This document shows, one piece after another, positions 40,136 through 49,361 of a stretch of DNA of 49,503 nucleotides. The stretch is from NCBI GenBank assembly GCA_964576115.1, contig CAZNUA010000025.1, positions 1-49,503 of the forward strand, read 5' to 3'. The notes under the pieces are model-generated. The model did no database searches and was not told where the DNA came from. It saw nothing but the letters and a program-made list of their open reading frames with translations. The translations under genes were made by a program, and so were the position numbers. This DNA comes from an uncultured Gemmatimonadota bacterium (GTDB taxonomy: Bacteria > Blakebacterota > Blakebacteria > Blakebacterales > Blakebacteraceae). How positions within the stretch are numbered: position 1 is the stretch's first letter; every line of letters begins with the position of its first letter.

Positions 40136-40939
40136 TCAGGGTGAGTCGTCGGTGCGGGACCGGTCGGCGTAGCGGACGTGAATCAGTCGCAGACCTTCCA
40201 GAGTCAGGTGTTCGTCCACCGTTCCCCGCCGGGCCAGATCTTCGGCAAAGAGCTTGGTGACGCCCCCGGTGAAGATCAGGGCGGGCTCGGGCCCCCCGGC
40301 GACGTCGAGTTCGGCCCGAACGAGCTCGAGCAGACCGTCGATCATCGCCAGAGTGCCCAGGTAGAGACCCGAACGCAGGCTCTGCTCGGTGGTCGAACCG
40401 ATGGCCCGCAGCGGCGGCCGGATCTCCACCCGGGCCAGCCGGGCGGCGCGGGTAAAGAGAACTTCCGAGGCGGACAGGACGCCGGGAGCGATGATACCGC
40501 CGATATAGTCGCCGGCGGCGTCGATGACATCGAAGGTCGTGGCGGTGCCCAGATCGACGACGATCGCCGGCGCCCCGTAGCCATGCCGGGCGGCTACGGC
40601 GTTGGCCAGCCGGTCGGCTCCGGCCGCCTCCGGGGGCTCGACCCGGACGGGGAGTCCGAGATCGAGGGCGGCCGACACGATGAGAGGATCGAGTTCGAGC
40701 CGGCTGCGGCAGACACAGCGCACCGCCGGGTCGAGGGATGGTACGACCGAGGCCACGATCACGGCTCGCAGATCGGCCGGTCGGACGTCGGCCTCGCGCA
40801 GAAAGCCGCCCAGCTGCATCCAGAAGCCGTCCGCGGTAGCATCGGGATCGGTGGACGTCCGCCACTCCGCCACCCGCTCCGCAGCCCGGAAGACACCTCC
40901 GACGGTATGGGTATTGCCGATGTCGAGTGCGAGCAGCAT
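40136..40939 (-). CDS. coaX: Type III pantothenate kinase
   Basis: LDIGNT, ASVVP, GADRLAN, VDLGTATTFD, GGIIAPG, TGG, LTLEGL. Confidence 0.96.
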   Translation of the reverse strand: MLLALDIGNTHTVGGVFRAAERVAEWRTSTDPDATADGFWMQLGGFLREADVRPADLRAVIVASVVPSLDPAVRCVCRSRLELDPLIVSAALDLGLPVRVEPPEAAGADRLANAVAARHGYGAPAIVVDLGTATTFDVIDAAGDYIGGIIAPGVLSASEVLFTRAARLARVEIRPPLRAIGSTTEQSLRSGLYLGTLAMIDGLLELVRAELDVAGGPEPALIFTGGVTKLFAEDLARRGTVDEHLTLEGLRLIHVRYADRSRTDDSP

Positions 40940-40960
40940 GAACCTGTCTCCCGAACGTTG

Positions 40961-41854
40961 TTACTGAACCAGTTCTCCGGTCATGATCCGGCGCCCGCCG
41001 TCGAGCAGGAGCCACCCCTCGGCGCTCAGGCCGACCGTGCGACCGCTCACCTCTCCCTGGCCGGTGCGTACCGTCACCGGCCGGTCGAAATGGGTCAGAT
41101 GGGCTTCGACTTCACCGGCCCATGCGGGGGGCCCCCTATCCTCACCGCTCAGCACCTCCAGGGTAAGCTCCCAGAGTTCCTGGAGAAAGTCGGCCATCAA
41201 CCGGTCGGGATCGATCCGGCGCCCGGCGCACGATTCCAGGGTCGTCGCCCCGGCCGCCACCTCGGGGGGGACCGGCACAGTCCAGTACAGGTTGATGCCG
41301 GTTCCGATGATGAGCCAGTTCATCCGGCGCTCATCCGATCCGGCTTCGACCAGGATCCCGGCGGTTTTCCGGCCCCGGCAGAGAACATCATTGGGCCACT
41401 TGATACCGAGCGGGATTCCCTGGGCCGTACCCGCCCGTACCAGGGCCAGAGCCGTCCCGAGGGTGACCCAGCCCGGCCGATCCAGCGCCGCGCGGGGACG
41501 CAGCAGCAGCGAGACGTAGAGTCCGCCGTCGGGGGGCGAGAACCAGTCGCGTCCGTGGCGTCCCCGCCCCGCGGTCTGGGCTCCGGCCACGACCACCGTT
41601 CCCGCTCCGGCCCCTCCGGCCAGGAGGGCCTTGAGACGGGTGTTTGTCGAGTCGGTCACCGGATGGTAATACAACTCGGCTGCCAGCGGCACATCGCGTC
41701 CCCAGGCGGTCAGAGCGGGTCGGAGCAGGTACCCCCCGCCTTCGAGATCGACCCGGGCGCCGTGATCGGAATCCGGTCCCGCCCCCGCGGATCCGGAATC
41801 CTCCCGGAGACTGCGGAGCATCCCGGCCAGGCCGGCGGCCCACGCCTCGTACAT
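40961..41854 (-). CDS. birA: Biotin--protein ligase (no recognisable N-terminal HTH)
   Basis: DSTN, QTAGRGRHGRDW, IKWPNDV, KTAGILVE, GTGIN. Confidence 0.92.
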   Translation of the reverse strand: MYEAWAAGLAGMLRSLREDSGSAGAGPDSDHGARVDLEGGGYLLRPALTAWGRDVPLAAELYYHPVTDSTNTRLKALLAGGAGAGTVVVAGAQTAGRGRHGRDWFSPPDGGLYVSLLLRPRAALDRPGWVTLGTALALVRAGTAQGIPLGIKWPNDVLCRGRKTAGILVEAGSDERRMNWLIIGTGINLYWTVPVPPEVAAGATTLESCAGRRIDPDRLMADFLQELWELTLEVLSGEDRGPPAWAGEVEAHLTHFDRPVTVRTGQGEVSGRTVGLSAEGWLLLDGGRRIMTGELVQ

Positions 41855-41896
41855 CACCCGTTCCGCCTCTCTTGTCGCCAGCCGCCCGACATGACA

Positions 41897-42751
41897 CTAT
41901 CGCAGGAGCAGGGAGAGATCGACCGCCCGGACCGAATGGGTCAGGGCCCCGATGCTGATGTAATCCACCCCCGCGGCGGCGTATTCGCGCACGTTCTGCA
42001 GGGTGACTCCCCCCGAGGCTTCGAGCTGGATATCGCCCCCCTCCCCCGCCCTGATCCGCTTCACCAGACGGCTCATCTCCGCCGGGGTGAGGTTGTCGAG
42101 CAGGAGCCGGTCGGCCCCCGCCCCGATCGCCTCGCGGGCCTGTGCTTCGGTCGAGACCTCGGTCACGATCAGGAACCGGGAGCCGGACCCTTCGAGACCG
42201 GCCCGAACCCGCTCGAGGGCTTCGCCGATCCCCCCGGCGGCATGGGCATGGTTCTCCTTGACGAGGATGCCGTCGTAGAGCCCCATGCGGTGGTTGGCGC
42301 CGCCGCCGACACGGACGGCGTATTTTTCAAGCTCCCGCAGACCGGGGGTGGTCTTGCGGGTATCCAGAATTGTGACCCCGGTGCCGGCCACGGCCTCGAC
42401 GAAACGCCGGGTCGTGGTGGCCACGGCCGAGAGCCGCTGCAGGACGTTCAGGGCCAACCGCTCGCCCGCCAGAATGCCCCGGGTGGGCCCGGCCAGATCA
42501 GCCACGACCGCGCCGGCCGACATGAGCTCACCTTCGGCCACCCGGGTCGTGACCACGACCTTGGGATCGGCATGCAGGAAGACCCGTTCCACGACCGGCA
42601 TCCCGGCCAGGACCGCTTCTTCACGGACCAGGATGATTCCCTCGCTCTCGGCGTGAGGATCGATGGTGAGATCGCTGGTCACATCTCCCGAACCGAGGTC
42701 CTCGGCCAGAGCGTCTTCGATGATGCGGTCGAGGCGTGCGATATCGATCAT
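41897..42751 (-). CDS. nadC: Nicotinate-nucleotide diphosphorylase (quinolinate phosphoribosyltransferase)
   Basis: EDLGSGDVT, ERLALN, DTRKTTPGLR, HRMGLYD..KENH, LLDN, EASGG. Confidence 0.97.
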   Translation of the reverse strand: MIDIARLDRIIEDALAEDLGSGDVTSDLTIDPHAESEGIILVREEAVLAGMPVVERVFLHADPKVVVTTRVAEGELMSAGAVVADLAGPTRGILAGERLALNVLQRLSAVATTTRRFVEAVAGTGVTILDTRKTTPGLRELEKYAVRVGGGANHRMGLYDGILVKENHAHAAGGIGEALERVRAGLEGSGSRFLIVTEVSTEAQAREAIGAGADRLLLDNLTPAEMSRLVKRIRAGEGGDIQLEASGGVTLQNVREYAAAGVDYISIGALTHSVRAVDLSLLLR

Positions 42752-44826
42752 TTCTGCTCCCCGCCGGCCCGGTAGCGGACCAGCTCGTCCCGCAGAATGG
42801 TGGCTTTCTCGAACTCAAGATCGGCGGCATAGGCCAGCATCTGCTGTTCGACCGAGATCTCCCAGTTCTCCTCGGTCAGCCCCCGGAACTGTTTCATGAG
42901 AGTATCGCGATCCAGCTCGGGTGCGCCAGCCCGCTGTCCGTCGTCGAGCAGATCGGCCAGGGAGGTACTGGCGATGACCTCCTCGCGGGTTTTAGTCAGG
43001 GTTCGGGGGGTGATCCCGTGGCGGGCGTTGTGTTCCTGCTGGATGACCCGCCGGCGTTCGACCTCTTCAACAGCCTCAGCCATCGAACCGGTCACCCGGT
43101 CGGCGTACATCAGAACCTGCCCGTTGGCGTTGCGGGCCGCCCGCCCCATGGTCTGGATCAGGCTGGTGGTGCTGCGCAGGTACCCCTCCTTGTCGGCGTC
43201 GAGGATCGCCACCAGACCCACCTCGGGCATGTCGAGCCCCTCCCGGAGCAGGTTGATGCCGACCAGGACGTCGAAATCGCCCATGCGCAGGCCGCGCAGC
43301 AGTTCGACCCGGTCCAGGGCGTCGATTTCCGAGTGCATGTAGCGGGCCCGCACCCCCACTCCGACCAGGTAATCGGTCAGGTCCTCGGCCATCTTCTTGG
43401 TCAGGGTCGTGATGAGGGTGCGCTCGCCCGCCTCGGTCCGCCGGTGCACCTCCTCGAGCAGGTCGTCGATCTGCCCGTCAACCGGGCGCACTTCTATGGC
43501 CGGGTCGAGCAGTCCGGAGGGCCGGACGACCTGTTCGACCACCACCCCTGCGCAGCGCTCCAGTTCGTGCCCTCCGGGGGTGGCCGAGACGTACACGGTC
43601 TGCTGCTGCAGGGCCTCGAACTCGTCGAACTGCAGGGGACGGTTGTCCAGGGCGGCCTCGAGCCGGAAACCGTACTCGACCAGGGTCTCCTTGCGCGAGC
43701 GGTCTCCGCCGTACATGCCCCTGATCTGCGGCACCGTCACGTGCGATTCGTCGATGATGGTCAGGAAATCGCCCTGAAAATAGTCGATCAGGGTGTGGGG
43801 GCGCTCCCCCGCCCGGCGTCCGTCGAAGTAGCGGCTGTAATTCTCGATCCCGGTGCAGAAACCGACCTCGGCGATCATCTCCAGGTCGTAGGTGGTCCTG
43901 GTCTGCAGGCGCTGGGCCTCGAGGAGTTTGCCCGCGTCCTGGAAAGCGGCCACTTCCCGGTCGCGATCGCGGATGATCGACTCGATGACGGCATCGATCT
44001 GACCCCGGTCGGTCAGAAAATGCGAGGCCGGGTAGATGACGGTGCGTTCCTTTTCCTCGAGAATCTCTCCCGTGACCAGGTCGACGATGGCCAGGTTTTC
44101 GATCTCGTCGCCCCAGAATTCAATCCGCACGGCGATCTCGTCGTAGGCCAGGTGGATCTCGACCACATCGCCCCGAACCCGGAAGGAGCCGCGGTCGAAG
44201 CCGATGTCGTTGCGCCGGTACTGCAGATTGACCAGGGCCCGCAGCAGATTCTGGCGCTCCAGACTCTGGCCCACCCGCAGGCCGACCAGGTGCTTGAAGA
44301 CATCTTCCGGTTTGCCCAGCCCGAAGATGCAGGAGACCGAGGCTACCACGACTACATCGCGCCGTTCGAGCAGAGCGCTGGTGGTGCGCAGGCGCAGGCG
44401 CTCGATCAGCTCGTTGATGCTGGTTTCCTTCTCGATATAGAGGTCGCGGCCCGGCAGGTAGGCCTCGGGCTGATAGTAATCGTAGTAGGAAATGAAATAC
44501 TCCACGGCGTTGTTCGGGAAAAACCCCCGCAGTTCGCCGTAGAGCTGGGCGGCCAGGGTCTTGTTGTGACTCACGATCAGGGTCGGCCGGTTGACCCGGG
44601 CGATGACGTTGGCCATCGTGAAGGTCTTGCCCGAGCCGGTCACCCCGAGCAGAGTCTGGTAACGTTCCCCCCGTTCCAGGCCGGCGGTCAGCCCGGCGAT
44701 GGCCTCCGGCTGATCGCCGGCCGGCTCGAAGGGGGCGACCAGATCGAAAGGGGTCTCGGGACGGGTCGTCCAGACCGGTTCGAGAGCCTGGTTGAGGCCG
44801 TCGGTATTCTCATCGTCAGCCGGCAT
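42748..44826 (-). CDS. uvrB: Excinuclease ABC subunit B
   Basis: PAGDQP, GVTGSGKT, SYYDYYQPEAY, DESH, SATPG, GINLLREGLD, QTMGRAARN, C-terminal UVR domain. Confidence 0.98.
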   Translation of the reverse strand: MPADDENTDGLNQALEPVWTTRPETPFDLVAPFEPAGDQPEAIAGLTAGLERGERYQTLLGVTGSGKTFTMANVIARVNRPTLIVSHNKTLAAQLYGELRGFFPNNAVEYFISYYDYYQPEAYLPGRDLYIEKETSINELIERLRLRTTSALLERRDVVVVASVSCIFGLGKPEDVFKHLVGLRVGQSLERQNLLRALVNLQYRRNDIGFDRGSFRVRGDVVEIHLAYDEIAVRIEFWGDEIENLAIVDLVTGEILEEKERTVIYPASHFLTDRGQIDAVIESIIRDRDREVAAFQDAGKLLEAQRLQTRTTYDLEMIAEVGFCTGIENYSRYFDGRRAGERPHTLIDYFQGDFLTIIDESHVTVPQIRGMYGGDRSRKETLVEYGFRLEAALDNRPLQFDEFEALQQQTVYVSATPGGHELERCAGVVVEQVVRPSGLLDPAIEVRPVDGQIDDLLEEVHRRTEAGERTLITTLTKKMAEDLTDYLVGVGVRARYMHSEIDALDRVELLRGLRMGDFDVLVGINLLREGLDMPEVGLVAILDADKEGYLRSTTSLIQTMGRAARNANGQVLMYADRVTGSMAEAVEEVERRRVIQQEHNARHGITPRTLTKTREEVIASTSLADLLDDGQRAGAPELDRDTLMKQFRGLTEENWEISVEQQMLAYAADLEFEKATILRDELVRYRAGGEQK

Positions 44827-44953
44827 GAGAAAGGAAAGCTATGCCGGTCTCCTGAGGCGGAGCAACGCCAAAGCGGCGGCGGCGAAATGTCCCCTTTCCC
44901 GGCAGGAAGGCACCCGGTAGTCTGAGCCGTGAACCCGCACCGGAATACCGACC

Positions 44954-45994
44954 ATGCCGATGACGGAAACAGCCGCAAACACCGGCCCGGATCGGGAACG
45001 GCGCCTGCGCCGCCATATTGTCCTGGCCGCCCTGGGCCTGGCGGCCCTGATCGCCGTCGGCTTGTGGCGGACCGGCCCGGAGCGACCCGGCCGTCGGCTC
45101 ATTGTCCTGAGTATCGAACCGGAAAACGTCATGGGTACCTCCTGCCGGCTGGTGGCGGTCACCCCTCCCGGATCCGAGGCCCTCGCCCGGGAAGCCCTGA
45201 GCGCGGCCGAAGCCGCTCTGCGGCAGGTCGAGAGCCGCATGAGCAGCTGGCTCGAGACCTCGGAGATCGGGCGGCTGAACCGGGCCGGAGCCGGCGAGGA
45301 GATCCCCCTCTCGCCATCGACCCGAACTGTTCTGACCGCCGCCCGCGATCTCTGGCGGACCACTGCAGGCGCCTTCGACGTCACCCTCCGCCCGCTGATC
45401 GAACTCTGGCGGGAGGCGGGAGAAACCGACCGGACCCCGGGCCCCGAGGCCGTCGCCGCGGCCCGGGCCGCCTCGCACTGGGATCTGATCGAGATCCTCC
45501 AGACTTCAGTGCGTAAAGCGGACCGGAGCGTCCAGGTCGATCTGGGGGGTATCGCCAAGGGCTACGGCATCGACCGGGCGATCGAGGCCATGCAGGGGAC
45601 CGGGGCGATCGGAGGTATGGTGGATGTGGGAGGCGACCTGCGTCTCTGGGGAACCTCTCCGCAGGCAGGGCTGTGGCCGGTCGAAGTGCGCGATCCCTTC
45701 GGGGGCCCGGAACCGGTCGAGCGGTTCGATCTGGCCGCCGGGGCGGTCTGCACCAGCGGCGATTACGCCCGGTATACTGTCATCGAGGGCCGCCGCTTCA
45801 GCCACATCATCGATCCGCGCACCGGCCGGCCGGCCGCCGATGCCGCCTCGGTCACGGTCATCGGTCCCGACGCCATGACAGCCGACAGCTGGGCTACCGC
45901 GCTGAGCGTGCTGGGGGCCGGGGGACTCGAGCTGGTGCCGGCCGATCTCGAAGTGATCCTCATCACCTCCGGGGGCGTCACTCACCGCCGCTGA
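44954..45994 (+). CDS. apbE: FAD:protein FMN transferase (ApbE)
   Basis: N-terminal TM anchor, MGT, SEIGRLN, GAFDVT, DLGGIAKGY, GGD, TSGDY, HIIDPRTG, ADSWATA. Confidence 0.93.
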   Translation: MPMTETAANTGPDRERRLRRHIVLAALGLAALIAVGLWRTGPERPGRRLIVLSIEPENVMGTSCRLVAVTPPGSEALAREALSAAEAALRQVESRMSSWLETSEIGRLNRAGAGEEIPLSPSTRTVLTAARDLWRTTAGAFDVTLRPLIELWREAGETDRTPGPEAVAAARAASHWDLIEILQTSVRKADRSVQVDLGGIAKGYGIDRAIEAMQGTGAIGGMVDVGGDLRLWGTSPQAGLWPVEVRDPFGGPEPVERFDLAAGAVCTSGDYARYTVIEGRRFSHIIDPRTGRPAADAASVTVIGPDAMTADSWATALSVLGAGGLELVPADLEVILITSGGVTHRR

Positions 45995-46074
45995 ACCTCG
46001 AGCACCCGGTGCTTCGAGCCGGGAGATGATCCCCCCGCCGATCGATCCGCCGGTATCACTATGTCCTTCACATG

Positions 46075-46091
46075 TGGCATAAATTATGCCA
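46075..46091 (+). promoter_or_regulatory. Palindromic sigma-54-type (-24/-12) site upstream of the pilin-like gene
   Basis: TGGCATAAATTATGCCA has GG-N10-GC spacing and is a perfect 8-1-8 inverted repeat. Confidence 0.55.
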
Positions 46092-46221
46092 TTCTTAGCA
46101 AACAACGAATACTCCATACTCTGCTGTCCTTCCGGATTATCACCTCTATCGGCACGGATGGACGGGAACTGATACAACTGGCACGACAACATTGCATTGC
46201 ACCCGGCTTGTTCTTGAGGTT

Positions 46222-46740
46222 ATGAGCGGAACCAAACGACAGATGCCTGTATTTTCGTGGAGCCCCAACGGGCACCCGGGATGCCCTGGCACCTCTTCTG
46301 AGGCGTATACCCTCATCGAGATGCTCATCGTGATGGCCCTGCTGCTCACCCTCGCCGCGGTCACCGTTGATATGTGCGGCGATTACGTCCGGGAAGTGCA
46401 GCTCATGAGAGCCACCATCGAGCTCGGCACCATTGAAAAGGCGATCGAGGATTTTAAAACCGATCACGGCGACTATCCCGTGTCCCTTGACGTGCTCGAC
46501 CTGAAAAAGCGGACTGATCCCTGGCGGGAACCCTATGTCTACCTGAAGATCCACGGGGTCAGGGGGGGCCGTGGCTCGGCCCGCAAGGACCGATTCCTGG
46601 TCCCCCTGAACACCGATTACGACCTCTACAGCAAGGGGCCCGACCGTCGGAGTCAGCCTCCCCTGACGGCGGCATTGAGCTACGACGATATCATCCGGGC
46701 GGGAAACGGGGTGTTCGTCGGCCCGGTTTCGAAGTACTGA
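46222..46740 (+). CDS. Prepilin-type (GspG/pilin-like) protein (start uncertain: 46222 or 46243)
   Basis: Class III signal-like A|YTLIEMLIVMALLLTLAAV, G.YP.SL..L, DPW.EPY.Y, YDLYSKGPD, DDI. Confidence 0.8.
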   Translation: MSGTKRQMPVFSWSPNGHPGCPGTSSEAYTLIEMLIVMALLLTLAAVTVDMCGDYVREVQLMRATIELGTIEKAIEDFKTDHGDYPVSLDVLDLKKRTDPWREPYVYLKIHGVRGGRGSARKDRFLVPLNTDYDLYSKGPDRRSQPPLTAALSYDDIIRAGNGVFVGPVSKY

Positions 46741-46761
46741 ACGGGTGAAGAGGCAGCCGGG

Positions 46762-48921
46762 ATGAAACGCGAAAAGGAAATCACACGCAGCCGTCTCGGA
46801 CGCCGCCTCCTGTTCCTCTTCGTTCTCTGCGCTCTGCTGCCGATCACGACCCTGGCGACAATCTCCCTGATCCAGGTCACCCGACATCTCATCGAGGAAA
46901 GCCGTTCCCGGCTCCGATCTGAAAGCCGTCTGGCCGGGGGACTCATCGTTGACCGGATAAACGACCTGAGTGTCGGCCTCGAGGAATTCGCCCTGGAGCA
47001 CCTGTCGAGCGGGATGGATCCGGATCGATATCTGAACACCCCCCGCGCACTCCAGCTGCTGGAGCCGTATTCCTGTATCGCACTGGTGGACGGTGTGGAA
47101 GGATGGAGGATTCTGAGAGGGGACGAACCCACCCCTCCCCCTCCGAGCGAATCCGAGCGCCTCCACCTGAACGGGGGGAATCCCCTGGTTTCTCTCCCTT
47201 CAGCCGGAAATCGGGCCGGAGCCATCTGGATCATCACCCCTGTTCCCGGACCGCACGACTCGTCTTTCATCGTTGCCGGAGCAACCGATCCCCGGCGGTT
47301 CTGGGATCTCGGCGAGCTCCAGTTCTCTACCCGCAACGCCTACACTGTCGTCGATCTGAGCACGGCACTCCTGTACACCCTCTCAGGCACACCGTTTCAG
47401 GTCACCCCCTCCCTGCTGGCGGACATCGAGGACGTCCATTCCGGTTCCTTTGAGACCGGCAGGGGCGGGGAGAGGCTGATTGCCGTCTTCTGGACCATTC
47501 CGGCTCGAGGCCGTTTCCTTCCCTCCGACTCTGTCTCCCGCTGGGTGGTCATCGTCAGCGAACCGCGGCAGACCGTGCTTCTGCCGGTCAGGGATTTCAA
47601 GCGCTTTTTCATTTTGATCGTCCTGGTCACTCTGTGGGTCGTCATCCTTCTGAGTATCGGACAGATTCGCCGGAACCTGGTGCCCCTGGAAAAACTGCAG
47701 GAGGGCACACGGCGCATTGCCCGGCAGGAATTCGCGAGCCGGGTCGACATCCACAGCGGTGATGAATTCGAGGAACTTGGCGGGTCATTCAATCTCATGG
47801 CCGAACGGCTTGGCCGACAATTCGCGACCCTGAGCACGATCACCGAGATCGACCGGGTCGTTCTTTCCGCTCTGGATGAGCAGATCATCGTCGATACCAT
47901 CCTCACCAGAACCCGGGAGGTACTGCCCTGCCGGGGCCTGATCATCGTTCTGTTCGATATCGAAGAACGTGACTGTTACCGCTCCTGGGCGGCAATCAAC
48001 GGCTTCCCGGAGGCGATTGTATCCAAGCCGACTCAGCTCGACGGCATCATGCTGGCCGAGATCCAGTCCCTCGACGATTCCGGAGATCCGGATTCGATCA
48101 GCCGCCGACTCCCGTTTCTCGATCCCCTTCTGGAGGCCGGCAGTCCGACGATCCATCCCTATCCGATCCGGGCGCGGGGGGAACTGATCGGTCTCATGGT
48201 CCTGGCGACGGCCGGCGAGAGAGAATGGAGCGAGGGAGAGCGCGAACAGATCCGGCAGCTCATCGATCAGTTCGCCGTGGCGCTCTCCAACGCCCGCCTG
48301 GTCAGTAACCTGGACCAGATGAACTGGGGGATGTTGACCGCTCTGGCCCGCGCCATCGATGCTAAATCCCCCTGGACAGCCGGCCATTCCGAACGTGTCA
48401 CGACCCTCGCCCTGCAGATCGGAAAGGTCCTGGGCTTGAGTGCCGATTCTCAGGAGATCCTCCATCGGGGGGGGCTCCTGCACGATCTGGGCAAGATCGG
48501 CATCCCCGCGCAAATCCTTGACAAACCGGGGCGACTGACGCCCGAGGAAATGAAGGTGATGCGCTCTCACCCTCTGGTCGGAGTCCGTATTCTGGAACCG
48601 ATCCCGGCCTTCAGGGACGTCCTCCCCATCCTCCTCCAGCATCACGAACGCTGGGACGGGCAGGGTTACCCGCACGGTCTGGCCGGGGAAGAGATCGACA
48701 GACTGGCCCGTATGCTCAGCGTAGCCGACTACTTCGACGCCCTGACCTCGGAACGACCGTATCGCTCCGCTCACGAGAAGGCCGATGTCATCATGCAGAT
48801 CGAGCGAGAATCAGGGCATCTCTTCGATCCCCAGGTCGTCACCGCTTTTCTCACCGTGGTCTCGGAGCAAGAAGACGGCCTCATCGATCCCTCGCCCGCT
48901 TCCGGTATCCATGTGAGGTGA
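46762..48921 (+). CDS. Membrane HD-GYP cyclic-dinucleotide phosphodiesterase (periplasmic sensor, HAMP, GAF, HD-GYP)
   Basis: Two TM helices flanking about 240 aa, HAMP (PLEKL..DEFEELGGSFNLM), GAF-like region, GHSERV, LLHDLGKIG, HHERWDGQGYP, ADYFDALTSERPYR. Confidence 0.92.
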   Translation: MKREKEITRSRLGRRLLFLFVLCALLPITTLATISLIQVTRHLIEESRSRLRSESRLAGGLIVDRINDLSVGLEEFALEHLSSGMDPDRYLNTPRALQLLEPYSCIALVDGVEGWRILRGDEPTPPPPSESERLHLNGGNPLVSLPSAGNRAGAIWIITPVPGPHDSSFIVAGATDPRRFWDLGELQFSTRNAYTVVDLSTALLYTLSGTPFQVTPSLLADIEDVHSGSFETGRGGERLIAVFWTIPARGRFLPSDSVSRWVVIVSEPRQTVLLPVRDFKRFFILIVLVTLWVVILLSIGQIRRNLVPLEKLQEGTRRIARQEFASRVDIHSGDEFEELGGSFNLMAERLGRQFATLSTITEIDRVVLSALDEQIIVDTILTRTREVLPCRGLIIVLFDIEERDCYRSWAAINGFPEAIVSKPTQLDGIMLAEIQSLDDSGDPDSISRRLPFLDPLLEAGSPTIHPYPIRARGELIGLMVLATAGEREWSEGEREQIRQLIDQFAVALSNARLVSNLDQMNWGMLTALARAIDAKSPWTAGHSERVTTLALQIGKVLGLSADSQEILHRGGLLHDLGKIGIPAQILDKPGRLTPEEMKVMRSHPLVGVRILEPIPAFRDVLPILLQHHERWDGQGYPHGLAGEEIDRLARMLSVADYFDALTSERPYRSAHEKADVIMQIERESGHLFDPQVVTAFLTVVSEQEDGLIDPSPASGIHVR

Positions 48922-49361
48922 TACTGATGACGATCCCCCCGTCAGGCAGACTCCACCCCCCCTCCTCCCCGCCATCGGACCGGCTGCAGCTCATGAGCTG
49001 GATCCTCGGCGTCCTCCTGCTCGTCGGGACCGTCTCCTGTGGAAGACGGTTCATCAAGGAAATCCCCCCCGAGCTGCTGGGACGGTGGACAACGACGGTC
49101 CGGAACTATGCCGACCGGTACATGGAATTCCGGGCCGAGGAGATTGAGTTCGGAACCGGAGGAGCAACGTCGACGACCGGGGAACTGCGGGGATTGCGGC
49201 GCAGCGAACAGGACGGGGAGATCACCTTCGAGATTCACTATTTCGGCGAGGAAAACCTGGAGTATACGATGCCGTTGGTGTATTCACCGGCAGAAGGTGG
49301 GAGCCTGTATCTGACGAATATGCCGGAGGTCATCTGGCGGCGCGCAGACCGGCACCGCTGA
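48918..49361 (+). CDS. Hypothetical small lipoprotein (alternative start ATG 48993)
   Basis: GTGA overlap with the HD-GYP stop; WILGVLLLVGTVSC lipobox; beta-rich domain starting PPELLGRW. Confidence 0.65.
   Translation: MILMTIPPSGRLHPPSSPPSDRLQLMSWILGVLLLVGTVSCGRRFIKEIPPELLGRWTTTVRNYADRYMEFRAEEIEFGTGGATSTTGELRGLRRSEQDGEITFEIHYFGEENLEYTMPLVYSPAEGGSLYLTNMPEVIWRRADRHR

Noticed and set aside
46179..46196. TGGCACGACAACATTGCA, resembling a sigma-54 promoter
   Set aside because: GG-to-GC spacing is 12 nt, and sigma-54 requires 10.
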